A stretch of 64,000 bases of DNA, from NCBI GenBank assembly GCA_024711145.1, contig JANJTJ010000093.1:4806-68805 (forward strand). The letters run 5' to 3'. A program made the translations under genes and the position numbers. The stretch comes from Balneolales bacterium (GTDB lineage Bacteria > Bacteroidota > Rhodothermia > Balneolales > HLUCCA01). The notes below the pieces were generated by a model. The model was not told the origin of the DNA, did not search any database, and was given only the letters and a program-made list of their open reading frames with translations. Shown here piece after piece: positions 9,860-18,137 of this stretch (position 1 is its first letter; every line of letters starts with the position of its first letter).

Positions 9860-10251
9860 GCCTCGGGGTCCGGATGTTTCACTTCGGGATCGTGCCCGAT
9901 GATGGGAAGGTCCCCGTCGGGCTCCTCCTCCTCTTTCAGAAGGATGGTCACTTCCCACTTGTCGTTGACCCGGTTCACCCACATGCGTTCGATGGGCAGA
10001 TCGCCCGGATGGAAACTGAACGGGCTGGCGTCGGTGGATTCGGCCCTCAGGAACAGGATGGCGCCGGGTTTGAGGGCGGCGGCGTTCAGATCCCGCAAGC
10101 CCGGGTTCCGGCTGTCTCCGCCGGGGAGCTGATGGTCGCCGTGAGTGGGGTGGGCGGCAAAGGCGGGTTTCCGACTCGGGGTGCCGCGTCGGGTACGCAC
10201 TTCCACATACCACGTGGAGGCACCCTTGTTCTTGAATTGGGTACTGGCCAT
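9856..10251 (-). CDS. Hypothetical protein (131 aa), translationally coupled to the sensor kinase
   Basis: Starts MASTQFKNKGASTWYVEV (CAT 10249-10251). Third-codon positions are strongly G/C-biased, like neighbouring genes. Its stop overlaps the kinase ATG (ATGA at 9856-9859). No family recognised and no signal peptide. Confidence 0.5.
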   Translation of the reverse strand: MASTQFKNKGASTWYVEVRTRRGTPSRKPAFAAHPTHGDHQLPGGDSRNPGLRDLNAAALKPGAILFLRAESTDASPFSFHPGDLPIERMWVNRVNDKWEVTILLKEEEEPDGDLPIIGHDPEVKHPDPEA

Positions 10252-10312
10252 GATCGACAACAGACGGTAGGTTGGTTTCGCACGGAATAAACGGCTAACC
10301 ACGCTTCAGGGC

Positions 10313-10343
10313 AAAAAAAAGGCCCGGTCGGGAAGACCGGGCC
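10313..10343 (-). terminator. Rho-independent terminator downstream of the DUF3494 gene
   Basis: The minus strand reads GGCCCGGTC-TTCCC-GACCGGGCC followed by T8 then GCCC. The hairpin lies 29 nt after the stop at 10373. Confidence 0.8.
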
Positions 10344-10372
10344 TGATGGGACCAGAAGCGCCCGGGGCGGGG

Positions 10373-11404
10373 TCATCTTACGAGCGACACCAGACCCGTG
10401 CGGGAGCCGGAACCGGTGCTGAGCCGGTACAGGTACAGGCCCGAAGGCAGGGCGGCGGCATCGAAGGTGGAGGTGTAGGCACCGGCGGCCCGGTAACCGT
10501 CTACCAATACGGCCACTTCGCGGCCGAGCATGTCATACACGCCCAGGGTTACGGAGCTGCCCGCTTCCAGAGACCAGCCGATCTGCGTGGTCGGGTTGAA
10601 GGGGTTCGGGTAGGCGGCCGACAGGGTCATGCCGTCGGGACCTTGTTCACGTGTGCTTTCCAAGCCGGTGAGCACCGGAGCCGTGATGGCGTTGGCATTC
10701 AGGTTGACGGCGGTCTGGGCCAGCAGACGCCCGTTGAGGGTGGCCGAAGTTCCCATATCCACGGCGGTGGCCGTCAGAATGACGCCTTCCATGTGGGCCG
10801 AAGTACCGATGTTGACCGCCCCGGCTACCTGCCAGAACACGTTGGCCGCTTGGGCGCCACCGCTGAGGGTCACATTCACATTGGTGGCCAATTGCAGGCC
10901 GCCGGCGATCTGGAAGATCCACACGTCGTTGGGTCCGCCCACGAGCGAGAAATCAGCCGAGGCCGATACCGTTCCGGCCCAGATGTACAGGCCGGGCTCG
11001 AGCTCGGCACCACCGATGTGGCCCGTCTGGAATTCCGTGAAATCCGGATTCGACCGACCGGCCGCGTCGGTATAGGCGGTTTCCATGTCGGAAATGGCCG
11101 TTGTCATCATGGTGGGGGTGGGCGCGGTCTGATCGGCGGCATACACCCGGCCGGTCACCTGGGTGGAAGTGGCATAGCCGGTTGCCGTGGTGAGCGAGAA
11201 ACCGGTGATGAAGGTCTGGGCGGCAGGGCTCACGCCGATGTCGCCGGTGATGGCGGAGGGAGGCACGGTGGAGATGGCGGCTTTGGCCAATACCACGAAA
11301 TTGCCGGCGGTGCCCAAAGAAACAGGGGTAAGGGGTTGTGCCGAAACCACCAAGGGGAACGCAAGCATCAGTAAGGCGGAAACGGTACGGTAAGGAATGG
11401 TCAT
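10373..11404 (-). CDS. Secreted DUF3494 (ice-binding-protein-like beta-helix) protein with T9SS C-terminal sorting domain
   Basis: Signal peptide MTIPYRTVSALLMLAFPLVVSAQ. LGTAGNFVVLAKAAISTVPPSAITGDIGVSPAA is the hallmark N-terminus of DUF3494/IBP-1. Later motifs: LEPGLYIWAG, NVFWQVAGAV, LNGRLLAQTAV. C-terminal AYPNPFNPTTQI...LYLYRL is a T9SS type A CTD. Confidence 0.8.
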   Translation of the reverse strand: MTIPYRTVSALLMLAFPLVVSAQPLTPVSLGTAGNFVVLAKAAISTVPPSAITGDIGVSPAAQTFITGFSLTTATGYATSTQVTGRVYAADQTAPTPTMMTTAISDMETAYTDAAGRSNPDFTEFQTGHIGGAELEPGLYIWAGTVSASADFSLVGGPNDVWIFQIAGGLQLATNVNVTLSGGAQAANVFWQVAGAVNIGTSAHMEGVILTATAVDMGTSATLNGRLLAQTAVNLNANAITAPVLTGLESTREQGPDGMTLSAAYPNPFNPTTQIGWSLEAGSSVTLGVYDMLGREVAVLVDGYRAAGAYTSTFDAAALPSGLYLYRLSTGSGSRTGLVSLVR

Positions 11405-11492
11405 ATGGAATGATGGAAGTGGAGGGAATCCGACTCCTCAACCTATGCTTTCCATACCGGTGCCCCTATCGCCCGGGCGATGGATATGCGGA

Positions 11493-12125
11493 CTAGTCCA
11501 ACCGATTCTCGGTCGAATACAAGGCGATCTGCAGGCGGCTGTGCAGGGTCAGTTTTTCCAGGATGTTGTGCACATGGCTTTTGACCGTGTGTTCCGAAAT
11601 CCGCAACCGGATACCGATTTCCTTGTTGGTGAGGCCGTCGCCGACCAAGGCCACCACTTCCCGCTCGCGCCGGGTCATGCGGATGGCGCCGCGCACCGCG
11701 GTACGACCCTCCGGAACGGCCAGCGCCTCCTGTACGATCTGGCTGAAGAGGGAATCGGTGAGGTAGCTGGGCAAGACCTTGTCGCCGTTCATCACCGATC
11801 GGATGGTGGTATGGAAGTCCTCCACGGTGGCTTCCTTCAGTATGAAACCGGATACGCCGGCCTGTATGAATTCCAGCAGCTCGCCATGGGTGGGGAACAG
11901 GCCCATCACGATGATCCTGGTGGCCGGGTATCGGATGTGGTGGCGTTTGACCCACTCCAGGCTGTTGCGGCTGCGCAGGCCCGGATCCAGCAGCACCAGG
12001 TCGGGTGGGGCGGGGTCGCGGTCGGCATCCACCACTTCGAACTGGGGGTTGCGGGCCAACAAGGCTACGATGCCCGCCCGGATGAGGCGGTTGTCTTCGA
12101 TGACCCAGATGCGCAGTGGAAGCAT
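11493..12125 (-). CDS. Response regulator, NarL/FixJ (LuxR HTH) family, no adjacent kinase
   Basis: Receiver MLPLRIWVIEDN...DLVLLDPGL...GFILKE. HTH MTRREREVVALVGDGLTNKEIGIRLRISEHTVKSHVHNILEKL. The position after beta-4 reads IIVMG (Gly where Ser/Thr is usual). Confidence 0.85.
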   Translation of the reverse strand: MLPLRIWVIEDNRLIRAGIVALLARNPQFEVVDADRDPAPPDLVLLDPGLRSRNSLEWVKRHHIRYPATRIIVMGLFPTHGELLEFIQAGVSGFILKEATVEDFHTTIRSVMNGDKVLPSYLTDSLFSQIVQEALAVPEGRTAVRGAIRMTRREREVVALVGDGLTNKEIGIRLRISEHTVKSHVHNILEKLTLHSRLQIALYSTENRLD

Positions 12126-12235
12126 GCCCGAAGTATGCCGGTTTTCGGGTTCTGTACCTAATGGTGCCCCACATCTTTTGCCGGATGTTGCCCATCGGGT
12201 TGACCACAGGCCGTGCCCGGGGCTAGGTTCCGGCC

Positions 12236-13510
12236 ATGGAACCCATTCTGCTCCCTCCGGAAGCCGCCGTAGGGCTCATCGGCGCCGGCTCCAAGGTCTT
12301 CGTACACGGCTCGGCCGCCACTCCGCACGGCCTGTTGCGGGCCTTGGCCGCCCACGCTTCGGTGCTTCACGACGTCGAACTCTACAACATCACCACCCTG
12401 GGCGCCACGCCCATAACGGACCCCGCCTACCGGCACGCCTTCATCTTCAACACGCTGTTCGTATCGGGGGTTACCCGCGGGCCGGTGGCCGAGGGCCGCG
12501 GCGATTACATCCCGGTGTTCCTGAGCGAGATCGGCGGGCTGTTCCGGCGCGGCATCATCCCCCTGGATGCGGCCCTGGTGTCGGTGTCGCCACCCGACCG
12601 CCACGGGTACTGTTCGCTGGGCCCGTCGGTGGATGTGGCACTGGCCGCCGTGAAAGCCGCCAAGGTGGTCATCGCCCAGATCAATCCGAACATGCCCCGC
12701 GTGCATGGCGACGGCATGATCCACGTGCGCGATTTCACCGCCATGACCCGCTGCGACGATCCCTTGCCCGAGGTGGATTACGGGGCCGATGTGTCGGAAA
12801 CCGACCTGAAGATCGGGGCCTACATCGCCGGCCTGATCGAGGATGGATCCACCCTGCAGATGGGTATCGGCACCATTCCGGATGCCGTGCTGCGGTGCCT
12901 GGGCCATCACAAACATCTGGGTATCCATACCGAGATGTTCAGCGACGGCCTGCTGCCGCTCATCGAGGCGGGTGTGGTGGACAATTCCAGCAAAAAGAAG
13001 CATGCCGGCAAGACGGTGGCCAGTTTCGCCGTGGGCACCCGGAAATTGTATGACGCGCTGGACGACGCCCCCGATTTCCGGTTCCTCGAAGCCAGCTATG
13101 TGAACGATACGGCCGTGATCCGGCAGAATCCGGACGTGGTGGCCATCAACTCGGCCATCGAGATCGACCTCACCGGCCAGGTCTGTGCCGACAGCATCGG
13201 TACCTATCAGTTTTCCGGTGTGGGCGGGCAGATGGATTTCATACGGGGTGCGGCCTTGTCGCCCGGGGGCAAACCCATCATCGCCATGGCCAGCACCACA
13301 CCCAAGGGATTGTCCAAAATCGTACCCATGCTGAAACCGGGTGCCGGTGTGGTCACCACCCGGGCCCATGTGCGGTTCGTGGTCACCGAATTCGGCGTGG
13401 CCGACCTGTATGGAAAAGGACTGAAGGAGCGGGCGCGGCTGTTGCGGGATCTGGCCCATCCGGACCATCGCGAAACGCTCGACCGGGCCATCCGGGAGCG
13501 CTGGGGCTGA
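12236..13510 (+). CDS. Acetyl-CoA hydrolase/transferase family enzyme (4-hydroxybutyrate CoA-transferase-like)
   Basis: 424 aa. ...VFVHGSAATP..LL.AL..., IPVFLSEIGGL, QMGIGTIPDAVL, GVGGQMDFIRGA and VTEFGVADL are typical of this family. Confidence 0.85.
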   Translation: MEPILLPPEAAVGLIGAGSKVFVHGSAATPHGLLRALAAHASVLHDVELYNITTLGATPITDPAYRHAFIFNTLFVSGVTRGPVAEGRGDYIPVFLSEIGGLFRRGIIPLDAALVSVSPPDRHGYCSLGPSVDVALAAVKAAKVVIAQINPNMPRVHGDGMIHVRDFTAMTRCDDPLPEVDYGADVSETDLKIGAYIAGLIEDGSTLQMGIGTIPDAVLRCLGHHKHLGIHTEMFSDGLLPLIEAGVVDNSSKKKHAGKTVASFAVGTRKLYDALDDAPDFRFLEASYVNDTAVIRQNPDVVAINSAIEIDLTGQVCADSIGTYQFSGVGGQMDFIRGAALSPGGKPIIAMASTTPKGLSKIVPMLKPGAGVVTTRAHVRFVVTEFGVADLYGKGLKERARLLRDLAHPDHRETLDRAIRERWG

Positions 13511-13520
13511 CCTCCGTGCC

Positions 13521-15020
13521 CTAAACCAGCGACCGGCCCGTCATTTCCGGCGGCTGGGGCAGCCCCATCAACGCCAGCAGGGTAGGGGCCACATCCGCCA
13601 GGATGCCCCCTTCGCGGGGCGGGGTGGGTTGCCCTTGGCGCACCACCAGAACCGGCACGGGTGCCAGGGTGTGGGCCGTGTGGGGCGTGCCGTCCGGGTT
13701 GCGCATCTGGTCGGCATTGCCGTGGTCGGCGATCACGACGATCTCATAGCCGTGTTCCCGGGCTACCGGTATCAACCGGCTCATGCCCGCATCCACGGCT
13801 TCTATGGCTTTCACGGCGGCTTCCATGGACCCCGTATGCCCCACCATGTCGGGATTGGCATAGTTGAGCACGACCAGGTCGTAGGGCTTGGATCGTATGG
13901 CCGCGATCAGCTTGTCCGTCACTTCCGGCGCGCTCATCTCGGGCTGCAGGTCGTAGGTGGCCACTTTCGGGCTCGGCACCAGGATGCGGTCTTCGCCGGG
14001 GTTGGGCTGCTCCACACCCCCGTTGAAGAAGAAGGAGACGTGCGGATACTTCTCGGTTTCCGCGATGCGCAACTGGGTCTTGCCTTGCTTGCTCACCCAC
14101 TCGCCCAGGGTATTGGCCATGGGGATGGCTTCGTAGAGGACTTTCGCGAACGCGAAGGTGGCGTCGTACTGGGTGAAGGTGTGGTAGTCGGGCTCCAGTG
14201 GCGTGGTGGGGAAACCACTGAAGGAGGGATCGTTCAAGGCTACCGAAAGTTCGCGCGCCCGGTCGCTGCGGTAATTGAAGAAGAGAACGGGGTCGCCCGG
14301 GTGGATGCGGGTTTGGTCCGCATCGGGACCAATCACAACGGGCTCGAGGAATTCGTCGGTCTTTCCGGCCGCGTAATTGGCGGCGAAGGCGGCTTCGAGG
14401 GAGTCGGCATGGGTACCGTTTCCGTGTACCAGCAGGTCGTAGGCCCGCCGCACGCGCTCCCAGCGGGTGTCGCGGTCCATGGCATAATAGCGACCCACCA
14501 ACGACACGATGCGGCAGGGGCCGGGATCGAAACCGCGGGCGAAGGTGATGCCCGAATCGGGCGCGGTGTCGCGTCCATCACCGAACAGATGCAGATATAC
14601 CTGCTGCAGGTTTTCGCGGCGCACCCATTCGACCAAGGCGTCGAGATGGCGGATGTGGCTGTGGACGCCGCCATCGGAGAACAACCCCATCAGATGGAGG
14701 CGACCGGCCTTCCGAGCGGAAGCCGCCAGGGCCTTCAGGCCGGGCAGGTCAAAGAAGGAGCCGTCCCGGATGGATTTGTCGATGCGGGACAGGTCCTGCC
14801 AGACGATGCGGCCGGCACCGATATTCAGGTGGCCGACCTCCGAATTGCCGAATTGGCCTTCGGGTAGCCCTACCGCTTCGCCGCCGGCGGTGAGCCGGCC
14901 GTGGGGGTGCGATGCGAAAAGCTGGTCGAGAAAGGGTTTGCGGGCCTGGTCTATGGCCGAAACGGACGGGTCGGCGGAGATGCCGTACCCGTCCAGGATC
15001 ACCAAGAGGGCCTTGCCCAC
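13521..15020 (-). CDS. gpmI: 2,3-bisphosphoglycerate-independent phosphoglycerate mutase
   Basis: 499 aa. MGKALLVILDGYG..., NSEVGHLNIGAGR, GLFSDGGVHSH and ADHGNAD are all iPGM signatures. Confidence 0.95.
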   Translation of the reverse strand: MGKALLVILDGYGISADPSVSAIDQARKPFLDQLFASHPHGRLTAGGEAVGLPEGQFGNSEVGHLNIGAGRIVWQDLSRIDKSIRDGSFFDLPGLKALAASARKAGRLHLMGLFSDGGVHSHIRHLDALVEWVRRENLQQVYLHLFGDGRDTAPDSGITFARGFDPGPCRIVSLVGRYYAMDRDTRWERVRRAYDLLVHGNGTHADSLEAAFAANYAAGKTDEFLEPVVIGPDADQTRIHPGDPVLFFNYRSDRARELSVALNDPSFSGFPTTPLEPDYHTFTQYDATFAFAKVLYEAIPMANTLGEWVSKQGKTQLRIAETEKYPHVSFFFNGGVEQPNPGEDRILVPSPKVATYDLQPEMSAPEVTDKLIAAIRSKPYDLVVLNYANPDMVGHTGSMEAAVKAIEAVDAGMSRLIPVAREHGYEIVVIADHGNADQMRNPDGTPHTAHTLAPVPVLVVRQGQPTPPREGGILADVAPTLLALMGLPQPPEMTGRSLV

Positions 15021-15027
15021 GACCGCC

Positions 15028-15282
15028 TCAGGCGAGGCGGTTCACGAAACGGACCAACATCGACTTCTTGTGAGCCGCGTTGTTGGGATGCACGATGCGC
15101 TTTACGGCCATCTTGTCCAGGTAGGAAACGGCCTGGACCAAAGCGGCGGAAGCCGTGTCTTTGTCGGTCGCTTTCAGGACATTCTTGATGAGGGTACGCA
15201 TGCGGCTGCGGTTGGCGCGGTTGGCGGCATTGCGCTTTGCGTCCTGGCGGACCCGTTTTTCGGAGGAGACGTGTTGAGGCAT
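15028..15282 (-). CDS. rpsT: 30S ribosomal protein S20
   Basis: 84 aa, basic. MPQHVSSEKRVRQDAKRNAANRANRSRMRTLIK... Confidence 0.95.
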   Translation of the reverse strand: MPQHVSSEKRVRQDAKRNAANRANRSRMRTLIKNVLKATDKDTASAALVQAVSYLDKMAVKRIVHPNNAAHKKSMLVRFVNRLA

Positions 15283-15310
15283 GAGCTGGCTCGGTTCTGG
15301 GGAAAGGCCT

Positions 15311-15343
15311 CAAAAATATCATCCATCCTTGGAATAAACAAGA
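15311..15343 (-). promoter_or_regulatory. Candidate Bacteroidetes-type promoter for rpsT (-7 TAnnTTTG plus upstream TTG)
   Basis: The minus strand reads CTTGTTT-(about 20 nt)-TATTTTTG. TATTTTTG (complement of 15311-15318) matches TAnnTTTG and lies 28 nt upstream of the rpsT ATG. This is a motif match only. Confidence 0.3.
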
Positions 15344-15381
15344 GGAACCGCTTATTTTACGAGTCTCTGACGGACACATTC

Positions 15382-16068
15382 ATGATCGTAGTGCTCGATG
15401 GCCCCGCGGGAGCGGGGAAAAGCTCCACGGCGAAAGCGGTGGCGGCGCGTTCCGGATTCCAATATTTGGATTCCGGTGCGTTCTATCGGGGCTTGACCGT
15501 AGTGTTCCGGCAGATGGGGGAAGACATCCCTCGGTTCCTTGAACGATTGCCTGCGATGCGGATGGAAGCCCGCTACGACGGTTCGGATTTCCGGCTGTTC
15601 GTGGATGGTACCGACCTGACCGACCAGCTCCGCCTGCCCGAGACCTCGGCGCGGGTGAGTGTGGTTGCGGCCTTGCCCGAAGCCCGGGCGGTTGTGAATG
15701 CGGCCTTGCGCCGGTTCGTAGCCACCGGAGACTTCATCGGCGAAGGCCGTGACCTCGGCACGGCGGTATTCCCCGATGCGGACCTGAAGATCTGGCTCAC
15801 CGCCGACCTGGCCGCCCGTGCCGAACGGCGTGCGGCGGAGTTGGAGGCCATGGGCCTGGGGGCCGAAGCGGCCCAGGTCCGTGCCGAGTTGGCCCGCCGC
15901 GACACCCTCGATTCGACCCGCCAGGCCGATCCGCTCCGGAAGGCCGACGACGCCGTCGAGGTAGACACCACCCATCGGTCGTTCGACGACCAGGTGGCCG
16001 AAGTGCTCCGTCTCATCGCAGAAATACGGAAAGGAAACAACCCATCACCCAATCCACAAAACCCATAA
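15382..16068 (+). CDS. cmk: Cytidylate kinase
   Basis: Internal start MIVVLDGPAGAGKSSTAKAVA (P-loop) at 15382, then YLDSGAFYR. The upstream part of track ORF 14509-16068 is antisense to gpmI/rpsT. Confidence 0.9.
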   Translation: MIVVLDGPAGAGKSSTAKAVAARSGFQYLDSGAFYRGLTVVFRQMGEDIPRFLERLPAMRMEARYDGSDFRLFVDGTDLTDQLRLPETSARVSVVAALPEARAVVNAALRRFVATGDFIGEGRDLGTAVFPDADLKIWLTADLAARAERRAAELEAMGLGAEAAQVRAELARRDTLDSTRQADPLRKADDAVEVDTTHRSFDDQVAEVLRLIAEIRKGNNPSPNPQNP

Positions 16069-16129
16069 CCGTTTTCCCGAACGGACGTTCGCGTCCGGCC
16101 GTGGCACACGCACCGGGTACCCAACCCAC

Positions 16130-18064
16130 ATGTCCGAAGAATTGAACACGCCTGAAGCGGAAGAGACCCCGGTCGCTCCCGTTGTCGAAGAACCCACTGC
16201 CGAAGTGGAAGCCGCCGAAGTAGCCGAGGCTCCCGTAGCCGAAGCACCCGCCGCAGAAGAAGCGCCCAAGGCACCCCGCACGCCGTCCGCTCCAGCCCGT
16301 TACGACGGTGCCGTTGCCGGCAAAGTGTACACCTTGGCCGAACTGAACGAAGCTTCCGAAGACTACGACGAACGCACCTATCACGATTTCGTGAAGATGT
16401 ATGAAGGCACCCTGAGCGCCTTCACCGAAAAAGAGATCATCACCGGCCGTGTGGTCTCCATCGACGAGAAATATGTGATCGTCGACATCGGTTTCAAATC
16501 CGAGGGCATCGTTCCCCTCAACGAATTCCGCGATTCCGACAGCGTGAAACCGGGTGATACCGTAGAGGTGTTCCTGGACCGCGTGGAAGACCGCGACGGC
16601 CAGCTGGTGCTTTCGCGCCGCAAAGCCGACACCCTGCGTGTATGGCAGAAAATCGAAACCGCCCACAACGACGGTTCCGTGGTCGAGGGCTTCATCAAAC
16701 GCCGCATCAAAGGCGGCATGGTGGTGGATGTCTTCGGCATCGACGCCTTCCTGCCCGGCTCCCAGATCGACGTGCGTCCTGTGCGCGATTTCGACGCCTA
16801 TGTGGGCAAGACGATGGAGTTCCGCATCGTGAAGCTGAACATGACCAGCGAGAACATCGTGGTTTCGCACCGGGCCCTCATCGAAACCGACCTCGAGTCG
16901 CAGCGTGAGGAGATCCTGGCCAGCATGGAACCCGGCCAGGTACTCGAAGGCCAAGTCAAGAACATCACCGATTTCGGCGTGTTCATCGACCTCGGCGGCG
17001 TGGACGGCCTGCTGCACATCACCGACCTCTCCTGGGGCCGCGTGGAGCATCCTTCCGAAATCATCCGTCTGGACCAGCGCCTCAACGTGGTGGTGCTCGA
17101 GTTCGACCAGGAGCGCAAGCGCATCTCCCTGGGTCTCAAGCAACTCCAACCCCATCCGTGGGACGACATCGACGGGAAATACCCCGAGGGTTCCCGTGTG
17201 CAGGGCAAGGTGGTCTCCATTGCCGACTACGGCGCCTTCGTGGAGCTGGAGAAAGGCGTGGAAGGCCTCATCCACATCTCCGAGATGTCCTGGACCCAGC
17301 ACATCAAGCATCCCAGCCAGTTGGTCGAGAAAGGCCAGATCATCGAATGCGTGGTGTTGAACATCAACAAAGGCGACAAGAAAGTCTCCCTGGGTGTCAA
17401 ACAGCTCGAGAACGATCCCTGGAAAGCCATCCTGGAGCGGTATGCCATCGGTTCCCGTCACAAAGGCGTGGTGCGCAACCTGACCAACTTCGGCGTGTTC
17501 ATCGAACTCGAGCCGGGTATCGACGGTCTGGTCCACATCTCCGACCTGAGCTGGCAGGACAAACTCACCCACCCCAACGAAGTCGTGAACAAAGGCGACG
17601 TGTTGGATGTGGTGATCCTGTCGATCGATTTCGAGAACCGCCGCATCTCGTTGGGCCACAAACAGACCCAGGAAAACCCCTGGGAGAAGTTCGCCACCGA
17701 GTTCGCGCCGGGCACCAAAACCGAAACCGCCACGGTGGCCAAAGTGACCGACAAAGGCGTTTCCGTGAAACTGGCACCGGGCTTGGAAGCCTTCATGCCG
17801 GCCAAGGAAGCCCTCTTCGGCGACGCCGTATCGGCCAACTACAAAGAAGGCCAGGTGGTGAATGTGGCGGTCATCGATTTCGATGAGCAGAACCACAACG
17901 TGACCGTGAGCGAGAAGGCGTTCCTGGACGAAGACCTCAAGAAGGTGAAGAAATCCAAGGGCAAGAAAGCCGAAGTCGTGGACGGAGCACCCACCCTGGG
18001 TGAGATGTCCGGCTTGGCCGACCTGCGTGCCAAGTTGCTCGAGCAGGAGAAAGGCGGGAACTGA
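16130..18064 (+). CDS. rpsA: 30S ribosomal protein S1
   Basis: 644 aa with six S1 (OB-fold) repeats, e.g. GRVVSIDEKYVIVDIGFKSEG, GQVKNITDFGVFIDLGGVDGLLHITD, GKVVSIADYGAFVELEKGVEGLIHISE. Acidic A/E/P-rich N-terminal extension. Confidence 0.95.
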   Translation: MSEELNTPEAEETPVAPVVEEPTAEVEAAEVAEAPVAEAPAAEEAPKAPRTPSAPARYDGAVAGKVYTLAELNEASEDYDERTYHDFVKMYEGTLSAFTEKEIITGRVVSIDEKYVIVDIGFKSEGIVPLNEFRDSDSVKPGDTVEVFLDRVEDRDGQLVLSRRKADTLRVWQKIETAHNDGSVVEGFIKRRIKGGMVVDVFGIDAFLPGSQIDVRPVRDFDAYVGKTMEFRIVKLNMTSENIVVSHRALIETDLESQREEILASMEPGQVLEGQVKNITDFGVFIDLGGVDGLLHITDLSWGRVEHPSEIIRLDQRLNVVVLEFDQERKRISLGLKQLQPHPWDDIDGKYPEGSRVQGKVVSIADYGAFVELEKGVEGLIHISEMSWTQHIKHPSQLVEKGQIIECVVLNINKGDKKVSLGVKQLENDPWKAILERYAIGSRHKGVVRNLTNFGVFIELEPGIDGLVHISDLSWQDKLTHPNEVVNKGDVLDVVILSIDFENRRISLGHKQTQENPWEKFATEFAPGTKTETATVAKVTDKGVSVKLAPGLEAFMPAKEALFGDAVSANYKEGQVVNVAVIDFDEQNHNVTVSEKAFLDEDLKKVKKSKGKKAEVVDGAPTLGEMSGLADLRAKLLEQEKGGN

Positions 18065-18091
18065 CCTTCCCGTCGGAATCCGGTATCTTCG

Positions 18092-18126
18092 GAGGAGAGG
18101 TGGTAACGCCTCTCCTCTTTTTTTTT
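18092..18126 (+). terminator. Rho-independent terminator after rpsA
   Basis: Perfect 9-bp stem GAGGAGAGG (18092-18100) / CCTCTCCTC (18109-18117) with an 8-nt loop, then T9 (18118-18126) followed by GCCC. Confidence 0.85.
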
Positions 18127-18137
18127 GCCCTACCCGC

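Noticed and set aside
7022-10213. Long N-terminal extensions of track ORFs (7022-10213, 6360-7460, 4376-6352, 14509-16068, 49264-50970, 49701-52139, 18000-19181)
   Set aside because: The extensions run through upstream genes or across terminators and encode Arg/Pro-rich junk. Internal starts give signal peptides or canonical N-termini (P-loop of Cmk, MSQTRILLIEDN of the regulator, and others).
16082-16097. Hairpin CGGACG-TTCG-CGTCCG between cmk and rpsA as a terminator
   Set aside because: It is a stable tetraloop hairpin, but no U-tract follows it and rpsA starts 33 nt later. It is more likely an mRNA structural or processing element. Evidence is too thin to call.
16130-16400. Acidic Ala/Glu/Pro-rich N-terminal extension of ribosomal protein S1 as a separate feature
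   Set aside because: It is in frame and continuous with the S1 domains. It is most simply a lineage-specific disordered tail.
18065-18137. Possible NAD+ (nadA-motif) riboswitch upstream of nadA
   Set aside because: The whole 73-nt gap is accounted for by the rpsA terminator (18092-18126), leaving only 11 nt before the ATG. There is no room for a tandem-domain riboswitch.
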